A DNA stretch of 32,347 nt from NCBI GenBank assembly GCA_043786955.1, contig JAYVVO010000256.1:1-32347 (forward strand), read 5' to 3'. Shown piece by piece: positions 8,702-17,335 of this stretch. A model generated the notes under the pieces. It searched no databases, had not been told where the DNA came from, and saw only the letters and a list, made by a program, of their open reading frames with translations. A program made the position numbers and the translations under genes. Source of the DNA: Saprospiraceae bacterium (GTDB lineage: Bacteria; Bacteroidota; Bacteroidia; Chitinophagales; Saprospiraceae). Each line of letters begins with the position of its first letter. Position 1 is the stretch's first letter.

Positions 8702-9034
8702 TTATTGATCGCTACCGATGCGGCGATTAATTCCTTTCTTTTCCATTTCATCAACTTTGTCTGGGTCGCCTAATCTAATTTTTATAGGAACTTTAGTTGT
8801 GATGCCCATTTTATATTCTATTTTGCAAAAAAAGGGTAACGTGTTTGGATCAAAACCAATTAACATATGCGTAGGCTTGAGTTCTTGTTGCATTGTATTT
8901 TGGTTAATAGGATTCATTATTGCACCGAATACACTTTTTTTGAGCGTAATTTTTTTACAATAAGATGTATCAACACCTTGTGCTTGTGTGCAAAAGCTGA
9001 TAATTATCAACGAAAAAGAAAAAATGTATTTCAT
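8702..9034 (-). CDS. Small hypothetical secreted protein (110 aa)
   Basis: ORF track. N-terminal signal-like MKYIFSFSLIIISFCTQAQG. No recognisable family motif. Confidence 0.5.
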   Translation of the reverse strand: MKYIFSFSLIIISFCTQAQGVDTSYCKKITLKKSVFGAIMNPINQNTMQQELKPTHMLIGFDPNTLPFFCKIEYKMGITTKVPIKIRLGDPDKVDEMEKKGINRRIGSDQ

Positions 9035-9037
9035 AAA

Positions 9038-9118
9038 TTAGCTATTAGCTTTGAGGAATAAGCTATAAGCTGCTAAAATAGAGCAGTGCTGTTGCTCATG
9101 GCTCAAAGCTCAAAGCTA
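9038..9118. repeat. GCTCAAAGCT-family heptamer-phased palindromic spacer filling the 86-bp gap between two minus-strand genes
   Basis: TTAGCTA TTAGCTT TGAGG, then AGCTATAAGCT, then GCTCATG GCTCAAA GCTCAAA GCTAT. The outer 10-bp stem is TAGCTTTGAG (9046..9055) / CTCAAAGCTA (9109..9118). Confidence 0.8.
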
Positions 9119-9120
9119 TT

Positions 9121-10239
9121 TTAGAACAAATCGAATTTGAATAATCTACTCTCAATAGGTCCGTTAAACAACGGAATGCGGCGCGAAGTTTTTAAACCTA
9201 TAAATTTTGCAGCTTCTAAATTTCCTGTAAAAATCCAGGCTTGCCAACCCTTCCAATTGTGTTTGAGTGCATCGCCGATGCCTTTATAGAATGCAATTGC
9301 ATCTTCAAGTTTTATTCTGTCATCATACGGCGGATTAATAATTAAAACACCTGGTTCGGTTTCAGGATGCAGCGTAAAAAAATCTTGCTTTTTTAAAGTT
9401 ATGTTTCTAAATCCTGCGTATTGGATATTTTTTTTGCACGCATTAATCGCTTTCATTTCTATATCCGATCCATAGATACTGTAAGGAGTTTTAATCTCAC
9501 CACTATCAAATGTATTTCGTACGCGCTGCCAAGTGTTGGTTTCAAAATTATTCCAATGGAAAAAACAAAACTGCTCGCGGTATTTCTGAATCGGTGTATT
9601 GGTAGCGATGAATGCTGCTTCAGTTAAAAAAGTTCCTGAACCACACATAGCATCATACATAATTTTATCCGATGTCCAACCACTCAATCGCAAAATACCA
9701 GCTGCTAAAGTTTCGTTGATCGGTGCGTCTGAATTGCTTTGTTTGTATCCGCGTTTGTGCAACGAATCACCTGAAGCATCTAAAGCTACTTCTACTTCCG
9801 TGTCGTGAATTTTTATATGAATGCGAATATTCGGTGAGTCGTTCTCAACATTCGGTCGGCGATTAAATTTTTCTCTAAAAGCATCGGCGATGGCATCTTT
9901 TGCTTTCAAACTTACAAAATGCGAATGATTAAAATGTTTTGAACTGACGATGGAATCAATTGCAAAAGATTTATTCACGCTGAATAAATCTACCCAAGTT
10001 ATTTCGCGTATTCCGTTGTAAAGTTCGTCTTGGTTTTCTGCTTTGAATGTATGAACTGGCATTAAAATCCGCACAGCAGTTCGCGCTGTGTAATTCGCAG
10101 CGTACATTAAATACGTGTCGCCTTCAAAACTTACGCCGCGTTTAGTGGGTATAATATTTTCTGCACCAAGATCTTTTAATTCTTCGCATAAGGTTTCTTC
10201 CAAACCCGAAAAAGTTTTCGCAAATAATTTCATCTGCAA
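9121..10239 (-). CDS. THUMP domain-containing class I SAM-dependent RNA methyltransferase (RlmL/UPF0020-like)
   Basis: Family-typical N-terminus MKLFAKTFSGLEETLCEELKDLGA, SAM-binding DAMCGSGTF and catalytic NPPYD motif. The track start at 10239 is a TTG, so the ATG at 10233 is the more likely start. Confidence 0.85.
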   Translation of the reverse strand: MQMKLFAKTFSGLEETLCEELKDLGAENIIPTKRGVSFEGDTYLMYAANYTARTAVRILMPVHTFKAENQDELYNGIREITWVDLFSVNKSFAIDSIVSSKHFNHSHFVSLKAKDAIADAFREKFNRRPNVENDSPNIRIHIKIHDTEVEVALDASGDSLHKRGYKQSNSDAPINETLAAGILRLSGWTSDKIMYDAMCGSGTFLTEAAFIATNTPIQKYREQFCFFHWNNFETNTWQRVRNTFDSGEIKTPYSIYGSDIEMKAINACKKNIQYAGFRNITLKKQDFFTLHPETEPGVLIINPPYDDRIKLEDAIAFYKGIGDALKHNWKGWQAWIFTGNLEAAKFIGLKTSRRIPLFNGPIESRLFKFDLF

Positions 10240-10483
10240 AAGTAAGAAAATAATGGTGAATTGTTAATGATTGACGGCACACTTTTTTGAAATATGCCAT
10301 TGTATTCTACAACAGTTTGTACAGTCTGATTGAACACTGAAACTACTTTGGCTGAGAACAGTCGTTATTTCTGAGCAAAAAGCAACGTAATTTTTAGAAT
10401 TTTTATACAACAAATTGAAAAAAAACGAGTAACTCACTTGAAAGAGTATGAAAGCTGGATGCATTAGACATGTATCTCTATAA

Positions 10484-13400
10484 CTAAATCCAATACCTCA
10501 GTGACTCCCAAAATGAAAAACGGCTACGATAAAAGGGAATAATGGTTTTGGTCTTTTGTTCTATAGGCGAAAGGGGCATGGGCACGGTGGTGAAAACAAT
10601 AGTAGCAGCACCGGTGGCGGTACAACCGTTGGCATCCGTGACGGTCACGTTATAACCGCCTGCACTGAGATTGTAAACGGAGGCAGAAGTGGCACCGTTG
10701 CTCCAAGAGTAGGTGTAGGGTTTGGTGCCACCGGTGGCAGTGACAGTTGCGACACCCGTGCCGTTATTGCAATTGGTGGTTACAACAGCGGTAGTGGCAG
10801 ACAAAGTAGGAGGTGCAGAGATGACAACCGAGGCAATCTTTTGACAAAGATTATCAGTAACGGTTACAGTATAGGTACCTACAGCTATGTTAGAGAGCGA
10901 TGCAGTGGTGGCACCTGTATTCCAGGCATAGGTGACAGTTCCACTGTTGCCAGAAACCGTCACGGAAGCTGCGCCAGTGCTGCCGCCATTACATTTGACG
11001 TTGGTGCCGCTGGCAGTCGCTGTCAATGTGCACACTGGATCATTTAAAGTGACGCTGCAACTGACGGTACAACTGTAGGCATCTGTGACGGTAACAGTAT
11101 AGGTGCCAAAGCTAAGACCAGAAATACTTGAAGTTGAAGCTCCACTACTCCAGAGATAACTGAAAGGTGCCGTGCCACCGCTTGTTGTTACGGATGCTGT
11201 GCCATGTGTACCTTTGATGGTAGTTGGATCGGTTTTGGCACACGCCACCCCTAAGATCGTGGATGATCCTGTCAGTGTATAACTATTCGATTTAGTGCAA
11301 CCATTGGCATCTGTGACGATGATGGTATATGTGCCCGCCCCAATGTTGGTTCTGTTGGCGGAATTGTTTGTGCCTGCCACATCTGCCCAGTCATAGTTAT
11401 AAGGCGAAACACCAGTAGAAGCACTGAGCGTAATGGAGCCAGTGGTGGTGGTACAGGTAATGGGCGTCAAAGTGGTAGTCAAAGTGATGGATCCTGGTTG
11501 TGATATAATGAATTGATTGGTATTGGTGCACCCAAGACCGTCCGTAACGGTCACGTCATAAGTGCTATCCGCAAGGTTCGTCCTGTTCTGAGTTGTCGTA
11601 CTATTTTCCCAAATGTAAGTATAGCCGCTTCCGGAACCGCCTGAAACAGTAAGGGTAATTGATCCGTTGGTGCCACCGTAACAAGTAGGATCGGTCGTGC
11701 TGCCAATAATCTTGACTACTGTAGGCTCTGTCAGCGTAGTGTATTTTGTGGTTGTGCAACCGTTATTGCCTGTAACGGTAACACTCCACCCATTGGCGTA
11801 CAAACCCGTTCTGTTTTGATTGGTGTTGCCGTCCTGCCAGTAATACGTGTAAGGTGAAACGCCGCCTGAAACCGTGAGTGTGATTGTGCCATTTGTTAAT
11901 CCGTTACAACTTGGATTGGTGAAGGAAGAATTCACCGTTGGTGCCGAAAGCGAAGAAATTACAACAGATGCCGTACCTGTACAGCCACCGGAGGTTGTAA
12001 CGGTGATGCTGTACGTTGCCGCAGATAAGCCTGAAATCGTGGTTCCGAAGCCGGAGCCGGATGTCGTGCCGTTTGACCAACTGTAAGTGTAAGGTCCGTT
12101 ACCGCCGCTGACCGTGTAATCTATAACCCCACTGTTGGGCAGATAACAGGTGGGTGATGTAGTTACAGAAGCGGAAACTGTGGGCGAACATACGAACAGC
12201 GTCGCTGTCTCATAGTCCGTAACAACGCCTTCAGTTCCTTCAGCGGCTGTGGCGGCAAATATATAATCTCCTGCAACCGGCGAGGTTAGAGCATATTCAT
12301 AGATTTTTGTGCATCCGATGGAGCCAACTGAAGAAGGAGTAACAGTACTCTTTGATCCGCTGGGCGTCGTAATAATTAAATTTAAGCCTGTTATATCGCT
12401 CGTTCCAAACGGATCACTCACATAAGCGCGGAGGTAACGTGTCGTACCTGCTGTACCTAAACTGATTATGGTGCCACTCGGATATGCCGCCGTGTATGCC
12501 GACAGTGTATCGATTAAGATATAGGTATAAGTAGGCATATCAATCTTCGAAGGGCTTGTTTTGGCACTAAAATATACTTTAAAAGCTACACCCGATTGTG
12601 AAGTGGTGATGTTCAAGACTACGGCTTGGCTCGCTGGAACAGTTACACCGCCGTTGGCTACGGTTCCTGTCCAAATCAAAGTGCCAGCGCCACTGTTGTA
12701 AGTCGGTGTTCCCAAAGTTACAATTGTGGTTGAACCGTATTTTAACGTAGCCGTAATATTAGGATTCGTAGGCATCGAACCCCCTGTTACACCAACGTAA
12801 GTCGTGACAGTAACAGTTTGGTTACCCGCCAAGGTAAATCCGCTACACATAGTCGGGCTTTGGGTGAACGAGACATTACTGACACCATTCAAACCATCGC
12901 CATAAGTAACTAAGGCGCCACCATCCGAGACGTTAGAAGTGGTGGAAGTCACACTTGTCCAAACATTACTGCTGATGTTATATCTGTAAAAAGGGGTTTG
13001 AATGTTGCCTTGCAATGCGTAAATATACGTGCCGTCAAAAGCCAAAGCCCCACCTTTGCTTACATTCGAAGGTACATTCGACAGCGTTGCCCAGATGTTT
13101 GTTGATTTATTGTATTGCCAAAAAGCATTCGTTGTGGCGCCTCTTAAACCATAAATATAGGTCCCATCATACGTTAAAGCACCACCTTGATTTACTGCGG
13201 ATGGCGTTGAGGCTAGGGTCGTCCAAGTATTCGATCCAATATTATAGCGCCAAAAATCAGTTAAGCTATTGCCTCTAAAAGCATAAATATTAGTACCATC
13301 ATATACCAAAGAGCCACCGTAAGCTACATTTGCTGGAGCAGAAGTCATAGCCGTCCAGGCATCAGTGCTGATGTTGTAACGCCAGAAATCAGTTAAGTTG

Positions 13401-16400
13401 TTTCCGCGAAATGCATAAATGTACCCACCGGCATACACTAAAGCACCACCTTGATTTACTGCGGATGGCGTTGAAGCTAGGGTCGTCCAAGTATTAGAGC
13501 CGATATTATAACGCCTGAAAGCAGTGGTAGTGTTTCCCTCGAGCGCGTAAATGTTCGTACCGTCATAGGTAAGGGAACCTCCTTGGTTCACAGTAGCCGT
13601 AGTGGCGGCTTTAGATGACCATGAATTGCCGGATATGCTGTATTGATAAAAAGATGTGCTGCTGCCGTAAAGCGCATATAAAGATTTCTGCGTACCCACT
13701 CCTAAAACAGAAGAGCTGTCTAAGGTTACATCGTTAGTAGAAACTGGATCCGTGCGGTTTAAAATTAAGGAAGAATTTAAGTAAAGTTGTTTACTTTGCA
13801 GCACAGGTGTAAGATTAGCTACAACAATCAATGTTGTTGAAGCACTCGAAGTGATACCCTCCGTACCTTCATTGGCAACGGCTTGAATGTTCCATGTACC
13901 CAAGATGACGTGGTTCGCAATTTTGTATTGATAAATGCTGCCGCAAGTGGTAGTTGCTACAATTTGCGGGCTGGTGAGCGTTGATGTCGTCACACCGCTG
14001 CTCGGATCGGTGATTGTCATGTTCACGCTGCTGATATCGGTAGCGCCGAAAGGATCGGTTACAGTTACGCGTACAAAAGAATTGCCACCTTGTGCATTGC
14101 TCGTGATAGCGGAACCGCCTGGATAAGTTGAATTATACACGGCAATGCTGCTGATATTTATGAAAGTGCTCGTTGGGATTGTTATTTTCGAGGGTTTGGA
14201 TATGCTGTTGTAATCAATTTTAAAAGTTGCACCCGCTTCCGCAGTGGTTATGTCTAACCCGATAGCTTGTCCTGCCGGTACAGTAACTGCGCCACCAGTT
14301 GTAGTCGCCCAGGTTAAAATACCAGTTGAACTGTTGAAGGATGGGTTTGTAAGCGTCGCAATGGTCGTCGCTCCGTATTTAAGCGTCGCTGTGATATTGG
14401 GTGAAGAAGGCATCGAGCCTGTTACAATGTTCGGATAAACCGTAACTTTTAAGTTTGTGATTGCAGGAATAGTTAAATTGCTGCACAATGCCGGATTTTC
14501 TGTAAAACTGACTGTAGAGTTAACCACAGCAGGTTTAATAGGGACTGCTAATAATGCCCATTCATGCGACGCACCTAAAGTCCATGACATCGTTGTGGAG
14601 GAAGCACCCGCTTTTGTGCTCGACAAACCATCTACCTCACTCAATACAATGTCACCATAAACTTTTGTCTGCCCAGAGGATGGTGTAACAGTGGTGTTTT
14701 GACGCGCATCCAATACATCAATCACCAATTGAGTCGAGGCTGAACTTACGGTGACTGAAGCTGATGTGGAATTGCCGGAGTTGGTCGCGTATGTTCCCAA
14801 TGGTGTCGTTTGATCAACACCTGAATACGTTACTACGCCTATAACACAACCCTTGCTACTGACCGCCTGAGTAAAATTGACGGAGACAATGTCTGTTCCA
14901 GATGTCGGATTGAGTAAGTAATACAAATACACAGCCGCATTGGTACCGTTTTTAATAGAGCCAACTTGTGTGAGCGTAGATGAACCATACGTCACAGAAG
15001 TAGGCAGACCCTTATCCGCTTTAAGCGAAATGCCGACAAGCATTAAGCGGTTCGCGCCCGAGCCAGTTGTATGATTCAGCGTTATCAGATTTACACTCGC
15101 TGCACTGGTTGTAGTTTTATTGTCGAAAGTGATGCCTCCTGCAACATTTGACAGCGTCGAAGTACTGTACGTTATCGTCGAATTCGTCGCAACCGGATCT
15201 GTTCGCGTAAGCGTTTGGGATGCCGACAATAAATATAAATATTTGTTCACATTACAGGTTGCAGTCACCGGCACACTGTAAGTTGTCGAGGCATTACATG
15301 CGCCATTATTTCCAGTCACGGATAGACTCAAAGTAAAAGATCCAATGGCAGTGGCAGTGACAGTTACACTTTGTCCGTTGGTCGCACTGGTGATGGTACC
15401 GTTACCTGTAATCGACCAAGCATAAGAACTTAAACCTGCTGAACCAGTGAATACCAAACCTATTGTACCAACACAAGTTGAGCTTATTCCGGTGATGGCA
15501 ACACTTAAACCCACCGTGATGTTTTGGCTGGAAGATGAGGAACACGTACTTTTTGTAGTCGTTAAAGTCAGCGTGTACGTTCCACTCGCGCCGGCAGTCA
15601 CACTCGCAGTTTGGCTCGTTGAAGACCCGACAATTGTTCCATTACCCGTTATTGACCAAGTGTAACTGTCTTGATTAGATGGTCCGTTGTAACTGTTGCC
15701 CGTTGAGGAGATACAAACCGCCACTGGTCCTGTGAAAGTACAACTGGGTGTTACGGGTGCGATATTGGTATTGGTGTCCACCTGATTACCGTACCAAAAC
15801 GTATTGATCGTATTGTTATTACCAAAATTGTAATTGGTCCAAGTATGCGCAGGCGTCGTTGAACGGTTGAATACATTAATTACCGGCTCACCAGAGCCAG
15901 AAGCCGCTCCAATGTTGGAATCATCCCACCCGATTTTAAGCGTAAAACTTGCTGTAGGCGTTGGTCGCACTGAAGTAGTGACATAACCATTGGTGTTATA
16001 TTCCACATCATAGACCGGAAAATTGAGCAAGCCTTGCAGATAACTTAGATATATCGGAATTGCCGCGCTCGTAGACACGGTTGCTCCCAAACCGTTTTTA
16101 CCATCCCAACTCAAGCAGCGTTTGTAGGGTGCTGTTTCTCCGTTTGCAGGCGTTATGGTTTGGTAAAGCAACACATCGGCTGTTCCTGGGTCGTATTTAC
16201 CAGCGCCCGAAGTTTGATTAAAATCCAAAAGAATTTGTGCTGTACCCGATAACGACGTAGCGTATGCAATACAAAGTGAACTGCTGCCCGAACAATTCAA
16301 AATGTAGGGTGCTGTGGTTATTGTTCCTAAGGTTCCAGATGGATAAACCAGTGAGTCAGGATTATTGAAAAATATCTTATATTGCGTCAGAGTCTGATTA

Positions 16401-17326
16401 CCTGTTACAGATTGTTTATCTACTGCGATGTTACCTGTATTGGCAGTACCAGTCGAATTAAAAGACAGCGTGAAAGCCAGACCTCTAAAACCTGAGTTTA
16501 AATAATTAAGTTTATTGACAAATCCGTCGCTGCTGTAAGTGTAAACAGTACCATTAAAAGGGCGATCGTAATAATTGTATGTCGGGTCACTACCCTGGCT
16601 TATTGAAGGCGTTCTGAATGACCAGTTTTTAGACCAAAGTCGTCCGTCTAAAGCTTTTGGAGACGTTCGGGTTGCTACAGTTATGTCCCAATATTTAATA
16701 GTGAGTAAGCTGGAAGTTGCACCGCTAGTGTTATCGCTGAATTCGATATAATAATCTCCAGAGGCAGCGCCATTTGCGGGTGTAAAAGTAAAAGGCGTGT
16801 ATCCGCTTGCTCCAACAATAGGAGAAGGTCCTGTTGTGGCTAAAGCCCAGGTATTCGCATTCGCATTAGCACTACTAATCTGTTGAGGTCCAAAAACGAC
16901 ATTGCCGTTAGGGTCCATAATACGGAAGTAATAAGGTATCGTGATAAAATTACCATCATTGCCCGATGATTGACTCGTGGCTTGAGAAAGTCCGATATAA
17001 ACTTGCTCCGTGCTTGCACTGGTAATATGGATGTATAACCGATTATCGACAAGTGCGTTAAAATTTGCAAAGTTTGAAAAATTAGAATCCCCTATGAGCA
17101 ATTGCGCAATATCGCTTGATGATGGGGCGGCTTGTTTTGTCCCTTCTGCATGAGCCTGGGTTAACGCTGAAAGCACCAGTGCTAACCATAAAAACAAAAA
17201 GCCAAGAATTCCTGATGGAAACTTACGGAAAACGTATACCAATAAATTCCTATTATAGCCGCCCTGCAGGGCGACTATAATAACGAGCAACAAATTACAA
17301 ACTACAAATAACGAATATTTAACCAT
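10484..17326 (-). CDS. Giant (2280 aa) multidomain cell-surface adhesin-like protein. Order: N-terminal ~500-aa domain, 2 Cys-containing Ig-like repeats, a jelly-roll-like module, module A, a 6-blade Kelch propeller, module A', and 7 SprB-type repeats. No recognisable C-terminal T9SS sorting domain.
   Basis: ORF track. Kelch-type blades of 44 aa (YIYAFRGNNLTDFWRYNI..W..). SprB-type repeats (C.GG.TG...V.VSGG..PYTY.W......YTVTVTD..GC). Signal-like segment GILGFLFLWLALVLSALTQAHA. The true start may be the TTG at 17242. Confidence 0.9.
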   Translation of the reverse strand: MVKYSLFVVCNLLLVIIVALQGGYNRNLLVYVFRKFPSGILGFLFLWLALVLSALTQAHAEGTKQAAPSSSDIAQLLIGDSNFSNFANFNALVDNRLYIHITSASTEQVYIGLSQATSQSSGNDGNFITIPYYFRIMDPNGNVVFGPQQISSANANANTWALATTGPSPIVGASGYTPFTFTPANGAASGDYYIEFSDNTSGATSSLLTIKYWDITVATRTSPKALDGRLWSKNWSFRTPSISQGSDPTYNYYDRPFNGTVYTYSSDGFVNKLNYLNSGFRGLAFTLSFNSTGTANTGNIAVDKQSVTGNQTLTQYKIFFNNPDSLVYPSGTLGTITTAPYILNCSGSSSLCIAYATSLSGTAQILLDFNQTSGAGKYDPGTADVLLYQTITPANGETAPYKRCLSWDGKNGLGATVSTSAAIPIYLSYLQGLLNFPVYDVEYNTNGYVTTSVRPTPTASFTLKIGWDDSNIGAASGSGEPVINVFNRSTTPAHTWTNYNFGNNNTINTFWYGNQVDTNTNIAPVTPSCTFTGPVAVCISSTGNSYNGPSNQDSYTWSITGNGTIVGSSTSQTASVTAGASGTYTLTLTTTKSTCSSSSSQNITVGLSVAITGISSTCVGTIGLVFTGSAGLSSYAWSITGNGTITSATNGQSVTVTATAIGSFTLSLSVTGNNGACNASTTYSVPVTATCNVNKYLYLLSASQTLTRTDPVATNSTITYSTSTLSNVAGGITFDNKTTTSAASVNLITLNHTTGSGANRLMLVGISLKADKGLPTSVTYGSSTLTQVGSIKNGTNAAVYLYYLLNPTSGTDIVSVNFTQAVSSKGCVIGVVTYSGVDQTTPLGTYATNSGNSTSASVTVSSASTQLVIDVLDARQNTTVTPSSGQTKVYGDIVLSEVDGLSSTKAGASSTTMSWTLGASHEWALLAVPIKPAVVNSTVSFTENPALCSNLTIPAITNLKVTVYPNIVTGSMPSSPNITATLKYGATTIATLTNPSFNSSTGILTWATTTGGAVTVPAGQAIGLDITTAEAGATFKIDYNSISKPSKITIPTSTFINISSIAVYNSTYPGGSAITSNAQGGNSFVRVTVTDPFGATDISSVNMTITDPSSGVTTSTLTSPQIVATTTCGSIYQYKIANHVILGTWNIQAVANEGTEGITSSASTTLIVVANLTPVLQSKQLYLNSSLILNRTDPVSTNDVTLDSSSVLGVGTQKSLYALYGSSTSFYQYSISGNSWSSKAATTATVNQGGSLTYDGTNIYALEGNTTTAFRRYNIGSNTWTTLASTPSAVNQGGALVYAGGYIYAFRGNNLTDFWRYNISTDAWTAMTSAPANVAYGGSLVYDGTNIYAFRGNSLTDFWRYNIGSNTWTTLASTPSAVNQGGALTYDGTYIYGLRGATTNAFWQYNKSTNIWATLSNVPSNVSKGGALAFDGTYIYALQGNIQTPFYRYNISSNVWTSVTSTTSNVSDGGALVTYGDGLNGVSNVSFTQSPTMCSGFTLAGNQTVTVTTYVGVTGGSMPTNPNITATLKYGSTTIVTLGTPTYNSGAGTLIWTGTVANGGVTVPASQAVVLNITTSQSGVAFKVYFSAKTSPSKIDMPTYTYILIDTLSAYTAAYPSGTIISLGTAGTTRYLRAYVSDPFGTSDITGLNLIITTPSGSKSTVTPSSVGSIGCTKIYEYALTSPVAGDYIFAATAAEGTEGVVTDYETATLFVCSPTVSASVTTSPTCYLPNSGVIDYTVSGGNGPYTYSWSNGTTSGSGFGTTISGLSAATYSITVTTSGGCTGTASVVISSLSAPTVNSSFTNPSCNGLTNGTITLTVSGGVSPYTYYWQDGNTNQNRTGLYANGWSVTVTGNNGCTTTKYTTLTEPTVVKIIGSTTDPTCYGGTNGSITLTVSGGSGSGYTYIWENSTTTQNRTNLADSTYDVTVTDGLGCTNTNQFIISQPGSITLTTTLTPITCTTTTGSITLSASTGVSPYNYDWADVAGTNNSANRTNIGAGTYTIIVTDANGCTKSNSYTLTGSSTILGVACAKTDPTTIKGTHGTASVTTSGGTAPFSYLWSSGASTSSISGLSFGTYTVTVTDAYSCTVSCSVTLNDPVCTLTATASGTNVKCNGGSTGAASVTVSGNSGTVTYAWNTGATTASLSNIAVGTYTVTVTDNLCQKIASVVISAPPTLSATTAVVTTNCNNGTGVATVTATGGTKPYTYSWSNGATSASVYNLSAGGYNVTVTDANGCTATGAATIVFTTVPMPLSPIEQKTKTIIPFYRSRFSFWESLRYWI
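10600..12190 (-). other. Seven SprB-type repeats (approximate bounds)
   Basis: Repeats end in YSITVTTSGGC, WSVTVTGNNGC, YDVTVTDGLGC, YTIIVTDANGC, YTVTVTDAYSC, YTVTVTDNLC and YNVTVTDANGC. Confidence 0.75.
12895..13700 (-). other. Six-blade Kelch-type beta-propeller (approximate bounds) inside the giant protein
   Basis: Six 44-aa units with GG.L.YDG..IYA..G.....F..YN...N.W. Blades 2 and 4 share a ~77-nt nearly identical DNA stretch (13439..13515 vs 13175..13251). Confidence 0.75.
17254..17279 (-). promoter_or_regulatory. GC-rich stem-loop (11-bp stem, UGCA loop) in the sense RNA between the fibre gene stop and the probable adhesin start
   Basis: Plus strand reads TATAGCCGCCCTGCAGGGCGACTATA. 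The minus-strand RNA UAUAGUCGCCCUGCAGGGCGGCUAUA pairs fully with one G-U wobble. The plus-sense RNA would have a C-A mismatch at that position. Confidence 0.5.
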
Positions 17327-17335
17327 TAATAATTT

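Noticed and set aside
10237-10244. TACTTTTG (-7 box consensus, minus strand) near the THUMP methyltransferase start
   Set aside because: It lies only 3 nt upstream of the preferred ATG (10233) and overlaps the TTG alternative start. That is too close to serve as that gene's promoter, so it is likely a chance match.
10264-10464. 66-aa minus-strand ORF downstream of the giant adhesin, considered as a possible detached sorting-domain remnant
   Set aside because: The translation (MHPAFILFQVSYSFFFNLLYKNSKNY...) has none of the type-A or type-B CTD hallmarks (no PN.FTPNGDG, DRWG or WDG). It is Cys/Phe-rich and low in complexity. It is probably non-coding promoter region for the methyltransferase gene.
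10556-11047. 163-aa plus-strand ORF, along with the other 60-90-aa plus-strand ORFs inside 10484..19927
   Set aside because: All are nested antisense in the giant adhesin or fibre genes. Their G/R/S-rich or V/P-rich translations are typical of antisense frames of Thr/Gly/Ser-rich genes. None shows a motif or an independent signal.
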